NCBI GenBank assembly: GCA_036172245.1
Contig: JAYWIR010000015.1
Span: 2,356,001-2,420,000, forward strand
DNA: 64,000 bases
DNA from: Raillietiella orientalis
Lineage: Eukaryota
Direction: 5' to 3'
Below, in pieces: positions 1 through 12,499 of this stretch; the first letter of the stretch is position 1; the number at the start of each line of letters is the position of its first letter. The position numbers were made by a program, and so were the translations under genes. The notes under the pieces are model-generated. The model worked only from the letters and a program-made list of their open reading frames with translations. It was not told where the DNA came from and did not search any database.

Positions 1-107
1 TGTACAACACGATAGCAAAAGGACCGTTCCAAAATTGATGAAATACGAGTCAAACTGCTATCCCTTGAAACGATTCACTACCATCCTTAGTGGCTTTGTT
101 TTGTGAC

Positions 108-467
108 TCAAACTTCTATCTTTTGTTTTTTATTCTCTGTTTCAAAATCCTCCAGGAAAGAAACGTCATCCAAAAAAGACATATCGCCTACGCAAATTTC
201 ATCGAAAAAGTCCAATATAGACTTCTGAGAGGCCTTAAAGAGGAAAGCCATTAAGAACTAAAGTTTGGGTTCACTCACTTTCAGAGACGATGTATCAGCG
301 TCGGAAAACGAATCCTTGCTCAAACCAGCTTCATTTAGAATGCGCAACTTCTCTTTCACAATTGGCCAAAGAAGGTCATCCGCCGTATCTTGGGCAACAA
401 GATACTGAATGATCACGAAGTTGTTTTGGCCAATTCGGTGGACTCTGTCTTCTGCTTGAGTCAATAT
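108..467 (-). CDS. SMARCAL1: SMARCAL1 exons 11-12 (467-279, 233-108)
   Basis: [14 protein letters not shown]...DTADDLLWP; 45-nt intron (GTGAGT...TAAG); last exon [12 protein letters not shown]...KKQKIEV-TGA. Confidence 0.88.
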
Positions 468-1030
468 CTAAAACGTGGAGGCATTTCCTTATGTTGCAAT
501 CTCAATGCAGTTAAAGCAAATCAACACACTTAACTAAAACGGAGGAGGAACGACTGTAAAATGAATGAATGAGCAGCAGCAACCCCACCATTCGGGACGA
601 TCACAATCTCAAAGATTCAACAGCACGCAAACATACAAATTACATACAGTAAATATCTTTATATCAAGAAAACCATCACAACTTTTACAAGCCAACGATT
701 GCAACTAAAGGTCATTCATCTAACCACAAAGAACACGTCCCAGCTTCATGGAGACAATTCAGTCAAGGCTTCGTTTGATATCAAAACACACTTAAAAGTA
801 CGACTTTGTATGAGCACACTGCAAACTTGTGAAGAACCCTTTTAGAAATACAAATGATTTCGTGAAGATGCAAAGGACAAGGCCATGCTGTCAAGTCTGT
901 GGGATGGAGAAGTCTCAGAATCAACACTTTCGATGATTCACAGTTAAGTATTTTATTCTTATGACAAAGTAATTTCGAAAGAGCACAGAAAAACGAACAC
1001 GGCGCATCAATCCACTAAACGGAAAAACGT

Positions 1031-1067
<37 letters not shown>

Positions 1068-4000
1068 AAAGCCACATCTGCACTTTGTTTTTAAGAGAAC
1101 GCTATGTGCGTATCCCACGAGCTTTTCGAAACTTTTTGCAAAAGATGCTCACGAAATTCAACGAGCAGCCTTTGAACACACAAGAATCGGCACTGGGGGT
1201 TCACAAAAGTTCGTAGGGTAACGTGGTAACAGGGGAAAAGAACAGGAAGATACAGAGCACCTGATTAATGACGTGTCGTTAACGTATATGGGAGGAACAC
1301 GAACTCTGGGATTTCGAAAGAGACATTACAAGAGACAAAATGAAGATTCTGATGTAATTTCATCACAATCATGTCTTCGCACCAAGCACAACAGCTGTTT
1401 ATGGTTAAAAACAAATCAATGCAAAATCATTCATCCTGTGATTCATTGCTGACATCGTCCACAAGTCGGGGGCTTATCGTTGGTCGCCTTGCCGACGCTA
1501 ATGAAATCTGGGAAGAAGTTCCAGACGGAAAACATAGCATCAACCGACCTTCCGCCAAAAGCATACCTAGTGCCTTGGAAAAAATCAGCAGCAGCAGCAG
1601 CTGTGTCACAGAAGGCAATGATTACTGAACGGCAGAACCAGAAGGGAGTAATCACAACTAATGACCAAAAAGCACACAAAAACTGGAGCACGAATCGATC
1701 TCGCAAAAGCTACAAAAGTTTGGAAATGCAGCGATTCTTAATAGGACTCTGTAAAAAGCTTGCCATCGGATACTTTTCCAAAGGTTTTATATTTTCGGAA
1801 ATGAAAAAGCCACGTTTTCAAGGAGGAGGGGAGACGGTCTTTTTAGCAAGGGTCAGGAACCCCAAAACAGTGAATACCCAAATACAAATCTGAAACCCAA
1901 ATAACGGAAAGTAGCAACTTCCCCTTCCCTTACCTGCAAAGACGTCTTACTGAGGATCAATACTCTTTAAGCATAGTCTTTAAAAGATCAATTAAGGGGA
2001 CAAACTGTTAAAAAAACGACTAACAGTCTTAAAACAAAGGCATTCAGAAATTGCTCTCATGCTTCAAAGATTCCTGACGCACTTCTGGAATACTGATACC
2101 ATTTCTGGGGGAACACACAAAAAAAAAAAAAAAACTCAAGGCTCTTAGAAATGTGAGAACAAAAAACCTACTCAGTTTACAGATGAAAAATGCAAATTCA
2201 AACCTACAATAGTAGACACAGAAACTAAAATCGAATTGTACAGAAGTTATGTATGCTTCTTGTATGCGGCGAACGCTTCACAATGTTTTTGAATAGACAC
2301 ATTCCAGGCTAAGGAAATAAAACAAAGGAATAGAAGGAGGAATGTTAAACTACAGGTGCTACAGAGAGCAACGTGACGTACGACAAATGCCAGAAAGGTG
2401 CATAAATAACGGTTTGGATTTCTTCATATGTTTGGGAATCGAACTAGGCATTCAAACTCGATGATGATGATGAAAGAAAAACCTGCTTAATCATCGATAA
2501 GCTTGCGGAAGTTACAATGCCATAAATGTATACAGCGGCGGATAAGCGGGAGATAACAGCTGATGCTGACCAGGATACATTCCAGAACCATACAGTATCC
2601 CATAAAAAATGAAACGAAATGGGCAGCAAACAGACTGAGCAGCAAGTAAATAACAGCGAAAAGAACGAAATGCGATCACGAGAAGCACGGCATTCAGGAA
2701 TCCCAGAAAGCTCTTGCAAATGAAAAGCAAAACGCTTGACAAAGCATTCATCTGCAACATCTAAATGTAAAAATTCATATTTCAAGATCAAAAAAAAAAA
2801 AAATTTATTCGCTTCTGCTTCAAAAGAAAGAAACTTTCGCTACTGCACTTCTCAAGGCACTAATTCCAACAGCCTCGGGCACTGTATTAGTGCCTTGAGT
2901 GCGCTGTTTTAAAAATTAGCTCAGTTACTACGATATTACGACGACTATGTAAGTAATGGATGTTCCGTTGGCGCAAAATCCACACTTCAAATCGGAAATT
3001 TAGATAATTTTTAATTCGATAGTACATAAAGGTATCCTAATACAAATAATAAGCAACAGAACTCTTTCTGTTATAGGGCCGGATTTTTTCTTATATCTTT
3101 ATTTCAAGTTGAAACAGAATACGGGATCAGAGAATCACTATGGTTGGTTCTAATACCACCTTTCATTTTTTCTACCGTTGCTGTCACTAAAGTGACGTCG
3201 GAAATCCGATCAAGGATCTCGAAACAAACGATCAGAACAGAAAGTGCGTACTCTTTAACAAATAGGCGGAGTGAAGCGAACAGGCAAAGCTGGTCAAAGC
3301 AATCCAATGATAACCGAACTGCACATACTTACTCCGGGATTCCAATACAGTTCGGCAAAGACGACCAAACTTGCGGCTGTTAAAGTGATTCCAGAATTCG
3401 CTGCGGTGATCGACAACACCGCAATTCTGACGCTATCTTCATGCTGGAATCTATCACAGTAGTGTTTCCTCCTTTCCGATGGAGTGTTACCGCTAATGTA
3501 AATGTATCTACAAAAAAGAAAGTTGAAATTTTACTTCCGATATGTACGATTAGCCCATCTTGCATAAGCAGAACAGGCTGGCATCACTTTATGGATAACT
3601 GACAATAACGAAATTAAGAATCCACTTTACCAATGATTCAACCCTACCACAGAAAGAAATAGAAAGACAAAACTGGTTCTCTTTTAAAATAAATCTTTAC
3701 ATAGTCACTATTACTTTAGAAAATAGAACTGCAGGCTGGAATGCCGCTAGGAATGCATTTTCGATATTTCATTTCTAAAATGAAAGCATTTTAATCGCTT
3801 TGTCATGTTTTATAATCGAAAAAGGTTCTTGTTGAATCGGTTCTCCTAAAGGTCACAATATGTTTTCTTCTTTAGTTTCAGTTCTGTCGTGAAGTCCAGC
3901 GAAACTGAAGACAGACCTTTGCAATCCGCCATGTAAAGTACGATAGATACCATCAGTAGAAGAAGAAATGCTAAAGAGAAGTAATGGGAAACTGAAGAGG

Positions 4001-7000
4001 CAATACTGATGATCGTGCCATACAAAGCAAAAACAAATGCTTGATGTTTATGATCCTCAAATCTTGCATTGAGAAACTTTGTTTACAAGTCAATAAGGAA
4101 GGAAGGAAAGAGAGGCCACATATATATATATATACACACATATATATACACATGGACTTCGTGCTTAACGAAAGCTAGATGAGAAACCAAAAGGGATTCT
4201 ACCTGCACTCCGATATGCAGAGCAGAACAAACCACAAGTAAAGAGCAACTCCTTCATCCTTATATATAATCATCCGAATTAAGAATCCGAAAACTGTACA
4301 ATCACGGAAAGTCCACGTTTTCTGAAGGTTTTTAAATGGAATTACGGATATAATGCATTCGCAACGGCAGGGAACTTGAAGACTTCTGAATCATTCACGG
4401 ATAATCACAAATTTCAATGTAATAGGGCTTCCGAAAGAACTAACGAATACTAACTGAGGATGGAAATTTGTCTACAACGAACAATCGAGAATTCTGTAAA
4501 TAATAAATCAAACACAAATCAGAAGATTATGCCATTAAATTAATAAATATACCATAAAATGAGTCCTTCTTAGTTGGGGGACCATAAAAAGGAAATCCCA
4601 TTTTAACATACGAATCACATCAGTTACAAGAAAGCACTAATCATCGCTATTAACTGTCACTTCACGTTTGATCGCAAAGGACCACCACGCGAAATACATG
4701 TATAACTGCAATGTAAAAACATGACCACAAGTGAATTCATGTGATCTTGTAGATAAAAATTTTCATTCTATAGTTAGCGAAATACAGTCGAAAGCTGCGC
4801 CAATTCTTATTGGAATCAGAAGCAGTCAGCTATCTAAGCAAACAAATTACAAAGTGCCGGTGAAAAGATGGATGAAACTGTGAAAACATGAACAAGTGTA
4901 GGAGGGCCGCTTAGTTTAATTTTGCCCCATGTTTTTGTTCTTCGGACAATCGTCGACAAAGGGGTGTGAAAGTAGGCGTGAAATTTTTTTCGAACACCCT
5001 ACCTTTCGCTAATGCAGCAAAAAGTTCCACCCGAACCTTGGGTGCAGTGGCTGTTTAAAGAGTCTCTAATAGAGAAGCGCGTGGCAAAGAGTTTGTGAGT
5101 AATATTTCCAAGTAGTTTCTGAGCCAAGGAGTAATAGAAATTATTATTATCGAGAGTGCCATGTTTATAGCGATAAAATCGATGCTGACGATATGACATG
5201 ATCAGAAAGGTAAACGGAAAATCTGGAATGCTTTTGGCACCTCGACATCCGTGCACAGTCGGTTTCTGGGAGGCTAACGTGTGCATGGCACGAGTCGAAA
5301 TGGAAAGGAAAAAAAATGCAAAAATCGTTCTCCTGCACGATTAAGCGAGGCAGCGCATCGGATCATTCGATTAGAGAAAGAGATCGGGGATTAGAGAAGA
5401 GGTAAAAACATAGACAGATCGACAGATCCTACCAACAAGGAATGCAAATCTAGGAAAAACAAAAACGTTTCCATGCTGTGGAATAGAACACGAGCACATG
5501 GAAAATGAGATTATATGGAAAAATGGTGATCACAAATAAAGTGTGTAACCATTCTCTGATCAAATTCGGAGCTTTTCGATTTTCAGGAAAAAACGTGGGG
5601 GAAAATTAATGGGCAACCTCGGTGCACTTTATTATCCAAACTGTCAAAATTTTGAACTCTGGTGTAAGGAAAAGTTTTTCTATTCATTCAATGAAGCACT
5701 TAATGATACAAAATCAGAAGAACAGACCTTCTTTTCTATACTACTCTAGGCTTCACTAAAAAAATATGCATTACTGCTTCCATTTTTATTACAATGCATC
5801 AACGACACAGAAAGGTATAAAAATTGAATGGGAGGGAGAAGGGAGCTGATAAAAATTTCAATATCAAAAAGATGTAACCATGAACACTTTCCCATTAGTT
5901 TCATAAAATGACAATATTGTTTTTTGCTAATAAAAAAAAGCAGTGATATACTAATGCAATGCCTTCATTCATGATAAATAAAATTCAACAATATTGAGCA
6001 ATGTATGGAATATTGTGAATACTGTGCATTGCCAATATTGTGAATGCCCTCAACACATTCTAGGACCTTCAAATACATTACTTTCCTTTAAACACTTGTT
6101 TACAGCAAATGCATTTTAGTTTGAAGCAACTGAATTTAACTTACTCAATATTTTTTCCATCCAAAACAGTACAAATACCTTGTAACATGACCTGATGGTG
6201 TGCAAAACAAAGAAACTTTTTCCCTGATTCCACCAGGTAAATAATATAATCACTAAAAATTAAAAATGCATTACAAAAGTATAGGACACAGCTGTGTGGG
6301 TAACATAAGAAATCAAATCAACTAAACTAAACTTACATATCAATACTTAACGTAAATATGTAAACTGGTATAAACAACAAGCATACAATATGCTATTGAA
6401 TGTGATTTAAATTCAATTGCTCAATTTCCTATGTACAAAGCAAAATAATTTTAGGTAAATTAATTTAGGAATGTCATGTTTGACTTGGAAGTACAAAAAT
6501 TTCTTGCATTTAATTATTAGAAGCTATTTAGAATTTTCAAATGTTTTCCAAATATCCATTTCACAATCTTTATCCAATTATCAAATGTAGGTAAAGCATA
6601 ATATATAACTAACTTTACATAACATATAATGGTTCAAATTTGTCTGAAGAACAGACAAGTATTTTAAAGTCATTTTGTTCTAGTTTAGCATTGCTTACAG
6701 AGCAAACATCAAAAAGTTTTAAACTATTTACCAGACTGCTTTTAATTTAAATTTGGCGGTTTCTGCATAATAAGACAGAAGGGCTCCTCGTTTTGCCAAT
6801 CCTTTAAGCTTTGAAGCAGTTACCAGTGTACAGAATTCATTCATTTCTTTTGTTTTTGCATTTAGAGTTGCAGGATCAAGAATGAACATCTGCCTGTTTT
6901 AACGCCCCCCCCCAAAAAAAAGGTTAAAATTGAATAAAAATTTACAAAATATCGCATTCAGAATACATTTACAAGTAATTTTAGCAACATATTTAGAATA

Positions 7001-9981
7001 ATATGGAAAATGGAAAGAACCTTTGTTTTGGAGGTAGCTGTGATAAAACATCTAATTTCAATCGTCTTATCATGACACTTTCTTCCAAGACCAATTGCAA
7101 TTCTGCCATATTGGTAGCTCCTGAATAGTCCCAACCGAAATTTGTTCTTTTAGGACCACAATATCTGTTACCAAATTCCTGAAAACTAAAGGTCCATGCT
7201 GTACTATTTACAAAAACAACCATACAAAATGTCGGAAAAAAAAAAAAAAAAAAAAAGACAATCTCAAGCCAAGGTTAGTCTTGATCCCACAGAATACATT
7301 CATATGCAACATCAATTTCATGGGAATTAGTATAATTCAAAAGATTTTTTTTCAGCCATAAGGAAAAAAAGACACTTGTCAAAACAGCATCACTTAAACG
7401 TCTGTATAAATAAAGCTTCAATTCTTTCATTAATAAGACTTTGGAACTAAAATCTTGCATGCACATCCGTATGTGGATACCAACACACAATAATGTATTG
7501 CAAAATTTAATGAATTTCGGATTGACACGTTGTTATGATATTAAATGCAAATTACCGAATTTAAATTCAAATGGGTAATTTATATTATTAATGATTTAAA
7601 TTCAATAAAACAGATGATGTAACAGTTGGTCTAACCAAAATTCTGGAGATTTATTAAATCCACTCATCTCAATAGGGGTTCGTAATTTAGCTTATTTTGA
7701 CAAATTTGACCATTAACCCTAAAATATTTCATTTAAGGCAATACATGATGCGTTCATTGAATTTCATTAAAAATTTTCTTGGATATAAAGTACTTTCAAA
7801 CAATTATATCGCTTGATCCCTTAAGTTCTTGATGACCTTTTTTAAAACTTATTCTTTAGGAGCTATATTGAGGATCCAATTTGTTATTAAATATTCTAAA
7901 AAACAATCACTTATAATTATAAATAATTTAATGAAAGTCATAATGAGTTCTAGTTTCACTAACTGAATAATGATGGTATTAGATATTGTGAAATGCTTTG
8001 GTATAGATATTTTCATAGTTTAATTATGAACATAAATGTTGCAAATGCTCTAAATTTCATGAACACTGAGAATAAGCTCAAAAACATATTGTTACAACCA
8101 GCTCCCTAGAACTTGAATCACAAACTTCTACCAAACATGAACAATCAGTGATAACAATGATAATGAAACTAGATTGCCATCAATGCTAGCAGACCAAGTT
8201 CTCCATTATCAAAGCATAAATTTCCGGTAACACTTCAAATGAACAGAATACATTCACTGAGCAGTAACCAATCCTGATTACTTTGGAAACAACTTGGGAT
8301 TTACAGCAGTTATTTGAGTATATAACTCCACTGGACGTGATAGAGCAGGTGTTCCACTTAGAAGAATGATATGAACTGCATTCTGGAATGCTTGTCGTGC
8401 TGCTTGGTATCTTGCAGACTTGTAATTCTTTAAAAAATGGCTTTCATCCTAAAAGTATACCTATTATAATAATCCTAAATTATAAACCTAATGGAGTTAC
8501 AACATGTAGTATCTACATATAATCCTTTTCCAATAAAGACATGAAAATCTTACCATTATGATAACTTTAAAGTGCAAATCACATATTTCACGAATCCTTT
8601 TTTGCATAAGATCATAGCTTATTATGAGAATTCCACAGCCTTTAATGTAATCTTTTGCTGTCAATGCAACAGTAATTTTTTTATTTTTCATGCTAGGTAA
8701 CCAGCATGTGACTGCTTGAAACCATGAATATCTGATAATACAAAGAAATGCTGTTATACAAACAAATTTTGCAAAACAAAAACAAAAAAAAAAAACTGAA
8801 GCAATTAAGCAATCAACTAAGAGGTGTCAACTATTTGAGAATTTTTTATTTTACCTTACAGAAGATGGACAAACAATCAGTAAAGGCCAATTACTTTTAT
8901 AATAATGTGCAATCCCCAGAGCTTGTATAGTTTTTCCTAAACCCATATCATCTGCAATAAGTAATCTTCCTTGTTTTTCTATTCCAAAACTACAAAAAAA
9001 CACAATTTGAATAAATTTTGAAAATGCAATTGAAACAAAAAAAAACATAAATTTTAGAGGAACATTAAGCACAAAAGTTCTAGATGGTTTCAAGGAGTAA
9101 ATTACTCCAAGAAAAAGACATAAAATGATCAAAGCTCATAACCTAAAATGATGAAGTATTCACAAGATTATAATTAATGAAACAAATAGAGACATTTTTT
9201 ATCAAGTTTTAAAGATACTAAGAATATATGTTTGCAAATGCTCAAATTTATTGGAAAAATAGACAATACCAAATTCCCTCCTTTTGAAATGGCATTAATG
9301 CGTTTGTCAAACATGGGTCTATACACGACAAATCCACTTCCTCAATAGTTTTTGTTGGTGAAGCATTAAGAAATAACTAATGAATAAGTAATTTCAATTG
9401 TAATCAGATACCCCTTCACTACCTTTAATATAGATTTTGGTAATGGTGATATAGAAATGCCTTTCAAAGCAGCTACTTGTTTCATAAGTGCATCATGCTC
9501 ATCAAGTGAAAAATGCCACCTCTTTTGTAATGAATCTGACAACTCATGAGCATCTTTAGTATAATTATGCTGAATTACCATATGAGTGCTTGGGAATAGT
9601 TTTGAAAATTTCTATTAAAGATGCATTATAGTCTACATCCACCAAAAATTCTTTTCGATGCACAAGCTTACAGGCACCATACATGTTTGACCCTGAATGC
9701 AGTTTCTGTGGTTTGTATACAGTTTTTTCATTGGTTACTTTTGAAAGAAAAACTGGAGGAACAGAATTTGCTTTTGAAAACTCATTTAAAAGACTTCTTT
9801 TGGATTCTGTACTTCCACATGATAGGGTCTTACTATGACCTCCAGGAGAATGATCATTTGCACTTCCTTCTGAAGCTCCTTGATGTTTTAAAACATTTTT
9901 CAATTTTGCAGCTCTAATTTCTAGAGCTTTTCTTCTATTTTCTTCAATGCGGCGTTTAGATTCTTCACTTAACACTGACAT
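108..9981 (-). CDS. SMARCAL1: SMARCAL1/HARP annealing helicase (SNF2-family ATPase), 12 coding exons
   Basis: Exons with GT-AG introns in compatible phases: 9981-9579, 9535-9423, 9376-9270, 8989-8855, 8731-8554, 8448-8282, 7185-7021, 6893-6732, 6252-6145, 3507-3333, 467-279, 233-108 (2028 nt, 675 aa + TGA). Motifs: N-terminal RPA-binding [24 protein letters not shown], one HARP-like segment, [81 protein letters not shown]. Confidence 0.96.
1033..1070. repeat. Homopolymer T28 directly followed by A10
   Basis: Seen directly. Confidence 0.9.
1130..2770 (+). mobile_element. Degraded RTE-like LINE relic(s) in SMARCAL1 intron 10, antisense to the gene
   Basis: By-eye motifs across stops/frameshifts. 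APE-like: [28 protein letters not shown] (about 1190-1510). RT thumb/C-terminal-like: [36 protein letters not shown] (about 2170-2640). Confidence 0.45.
3333..3507 (-). CDS. SMARCAL1: SMARCAL1 exon 10 (helicase C lobe; not shown in frame in the ORF track)
   Basis: ttttgtag|A TAC ATT ... [58 protein letters not shown]|gtaag. Confidence 0.93.
3800..5500 (+). mobile_element. Degraded RTE-like RT relics in SMARCAL1 intron 9
   Basis: KVLVESVLL (about 3820), NQKGF (about 4185), [13 protein letters not shown] (about 4425), [11 protein letters not shown] (about 4800), IEKRVAKS (about 5070), GFWEANV (about 5260). From 4185 onward these follow RT order. Confidence 0.4.
4120..4152. repeat. (TA)n/(CA)n microsatellite
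   Basis: atatatatatatatacacacatatatatacaca. Confidence 0.85.
6145..7185 (-). CDS. SMARCAL1: SMARCAL1 exons 7-9 (7185-7021, 6893-6732, 6252-6145)
   Basis: [26 protein letters not shown]...[44 protein letters not shown]. Confidence 0.92.
8282..8989 (-). CDS. SMARCAL1: SMARCAL1 exons 4-6 (8989-8855, 8731-8554, 8448-8282), ATPase lobe 1
   Basis: Walker A region [20 protein letters not shown], Walker [14 protein letters not shown]. Confidence 0.94.
9270..9535 (-). CDS. SMARCAL1: SMARCAL1 exons 2-3 (9535-9423, 9376-9270)
   Basis: [18 protein letters not shown]...PLPKSILK / LFLNAS...[17 protein letters not shown]; the introns before these exons are 43 and 46 nt, both GT-AG. Confidence 0.88.
9579..9981 (-). 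CDS. SMARCAL1: SMARCAL1 coding exon 1 (RPA-binding motif, start of HARP)
   Basis: ATG at 9981-9979; [20 protein letters not shown]...[10 protein letters not shown]; donor GTAATT. Confidence 0.88.
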
Positions 9982-10569
9982 GTTCGAATGCAATGATTCA
10001 TTTGAGTCACATGGTCTCAGAAATTAAACAACTTCATTTACTGAAATGAGAATAATTATGATGATACAAACAAAATTTGAACTAAAATGACAAACACGCG
10101 AAAATATAGTTTTATCGAGTACAAAAATTCGCAATTCAAATAACTTTCCTTTTTGCGCATAATTCATTTTCAATCATGGCAAACAACCACACATTTCATT
10201 TTATTTCACTACGTATTAATAAATTTCAAGACCAAGACAACGTACCCAAAGTGAACAGTTTAAAACCACTGTCATAGAGGAAAAGATCTGCATACTTAAA
10301 AATTTTCTAACTAAGCGCTGTTTTTTAAACACATTACACGCTGACTTCTCCGATGAAATGCAAGACTCACAGATAGGAATGGTTTTCCCAAATTTCAAAA
10401 AGAAAATAATCACAACCCTTGAAAACCATTACTGCAGTATTTTTTATCCAATCATCTTTACATGGAATGGGCAATTCCAGTTTTAAATACAGTATGCTCA
10501 AATATTATGGGCAAACTACTTTTATCACGTATTTTTGCAGCGATTTCCCTTGTTGCTTTTACTACCACT

Positions 10570-11900
10570 TTTCAAAGATTGGGGACTGATTCTTTTAGAA
10601 ACAGTAGCTCACAGTTGAAGATTCAGACTTGCTTACTTTTATTGAGGGAAACTCAATTTCAATTGTTTCCGCTCAGGACATCGAAAAAAAAGATGTATGG
10701 TTCGAAAACGGAACTATTATGCTTTTGTATTATGCTATTATGCTTTCGGATTGAGTTTATACCTTTTCATGTGCTCTACTAAAGTTGGGCTTCCTCCAAG
10801 GGAACACGAGTGTCTTTTGAATCCACGAGAACGTCTTCACTGCTGACACATACAAAATGAGCACACCATTCCTCAAGAGAAAGAGCGCTGACTATTTTTG
10901 CATGTTTGCATACGACCGAATCAATCATATGTAAACAAGGGAAATTTGCACATTGCTGGGCTTTCCCTAAATGCTGAAAGTATATTTTACAAAATAATTC
11001 ATATGTGTGTGTCTTTCTCTATTACTAAGCAATAAATCTTTTGATATCAGGAGGACTTGAGAACGGTAAAGTCGTCCATAAGTCTTCCTGGACTTCCTGA
11101 AAGCAACCATAACTGCAGTCCACGATAAGTCCTTGATTTCCTGGATGAATTATAACACAACGTGGAATTATGACGCATTAATGAAATAGCCCAAGAAATT
11201 CCAAACATCGACATAGCTTAAAGACACAAGAATACATGAGCTAAAAGATGCTTCCAAGCATTCATGCACATCTGAAAGATTGGGCCATAGAAAAATATTT
11301 AAGCTGGTGAGAACTTTTGGAAACATTGCTCTATTTTGTTACGGAGAGTGAAAATTTCATCTCAGAAATGCTGTTTGGTAGTATTTTGTCAATTTTTGGA
11401 TGAGGAGTAGTTTATACAAGTTGTAAAGATCACTAGTTCTAAAAATCCAAATAACTCTTAGATAACCAAACAATTATTAACAAATACATATCGAAAGACT
11501 TCGTAAATTCTTTATGCTCTTAGTTTTGAACTGCTCGTAGTTGTTTTGACTAAAGTTGAACGCAAGAAGACCTAAAAACACACAAAAACTAGAATTTCAC
11601 GTTTTACTATTATGTGCAGCATTACGTGTTAAGCGTGGCAGGTGTTATCCTGCTGTCAGATGAAGGCTCCGTGCAAATAGGTCTTCATCTAAGAAACGTA
11701 TGGGTACTGTTCTTATAATATAGATGCACTCCAATCTTATATGTATGAATTCTGAGTCCCGTTTTCCAGGAGTTCCACCTTAAGTTAAAAAATGCTTCCA
11801 AGCAATCATGCACATCTGGAAGATTTGAACTATTGAAAACTATTTAAGCTGGTGAGAGCACAGCTTTGTGAACACTTTTATTAGAACCGTTTGTCACATC
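10570..11900 (+). mobile_element. Degraded APE endonuclease region of an RTE-like LINE
   Basis: RLGTDSFRN (cf. iGTwNvR), LLTFIEGNSISIVSAQD, KLGFL, LTIFACLHTT (cf. TiisvYAPT), LLISGGLENGKV (cf. GDFNAKVG), VLDFL, NIDIA, LGHRKI (cf. SDH), in the expected order. Confidence 0.45.
11248..11857 (+). repeat. Imperfect direct repeat of about 65 bp (11248-11312 and 11792-11857)
   Basis: atgcttccaagca(t/a)tcatgcacatctg(a/g)aagatt...tatttaagctggtgaga occurs twice. Confidence 0.85.
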
Positions 11901-12499
11901 CAGCCCAGATTCTTTGTGGAACCAAACACTAGGATGATTAATTTCCTTGACAGTGCCTTGAAATCACGAAACTCGTGATAATGGATAATTTTCGTTTTCA
12001 AGACCATCATTTCACAGTTAATTGTGAACGACGTGTGTCCGAGGGGTTAGCTGGCAGGGACGCATTCGAGATGTGGGAACCCGGAATGGCAGTGTCCACA
12101 TTAATTCACTGAAGGCTTTTACAGAACTTTTTACGCTGCTGTCGTGCACAAGGTTTACCATACAATAAACGAATGCTTCAAACATCGTCCATGTACTCTT
12201 GAAGTGGCCAAGTCTAGTCTTGATGGTTCTCTGGAAATTCTCTCTACTGCTCTTGAGCTCTCAGTTCCTTAATAAATATCCGAAATTTTTCTCCGCTTTC
12301 TGACGTCAAACGAATTTCTGCTACTTTCAAGAAAATACACAAAATACTCTATCTTACCATACGACGTCATTAAACATTGTTTAGCACCAGTAGCTATGAG
12401 TTATGACATATCATGATTCTGACAACCGTACCAACCATTAGCGGCTTGTTTGCTTTTCCGGGATCTTAGAGTGCAATGTCATCCATTCGGCAATATCTT

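Noticed and set aside
1443..5050. Apparent interleaved same-strand membrane-protein gene inside SMARCAL1 introns (phase-compatible hydrophobic segments 5050-5003, 4293-4203, 4062-3917, 2760-2483, 1709-1443)
   Set aside because: The plus strand of the same intervals carries RTE-like APE/RT motifs, so the hydrophobic T-rich frames are best explained as antisense shadows of A-rich LINE sequence. Several splice sites are weak and there is no convincing start exon. RNA-seq junctions would overturn this.
9982..9993. Track ORF start at 9993 for SMARCAL1 (and similar TTG/GTG starts for other exons)
   Set aside because: Non-ATG starts from a prokaryote-style caller. The ATG at 9981 gives the conserved N-terminus, and the other ORFs are exons bounded by splice sites.
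10411..10585. Possible MITE with termini caacccttgaaaa / ttttcaaagattg
   Set aside because: The inverted match is short and imperfect, and no TSD is visible.
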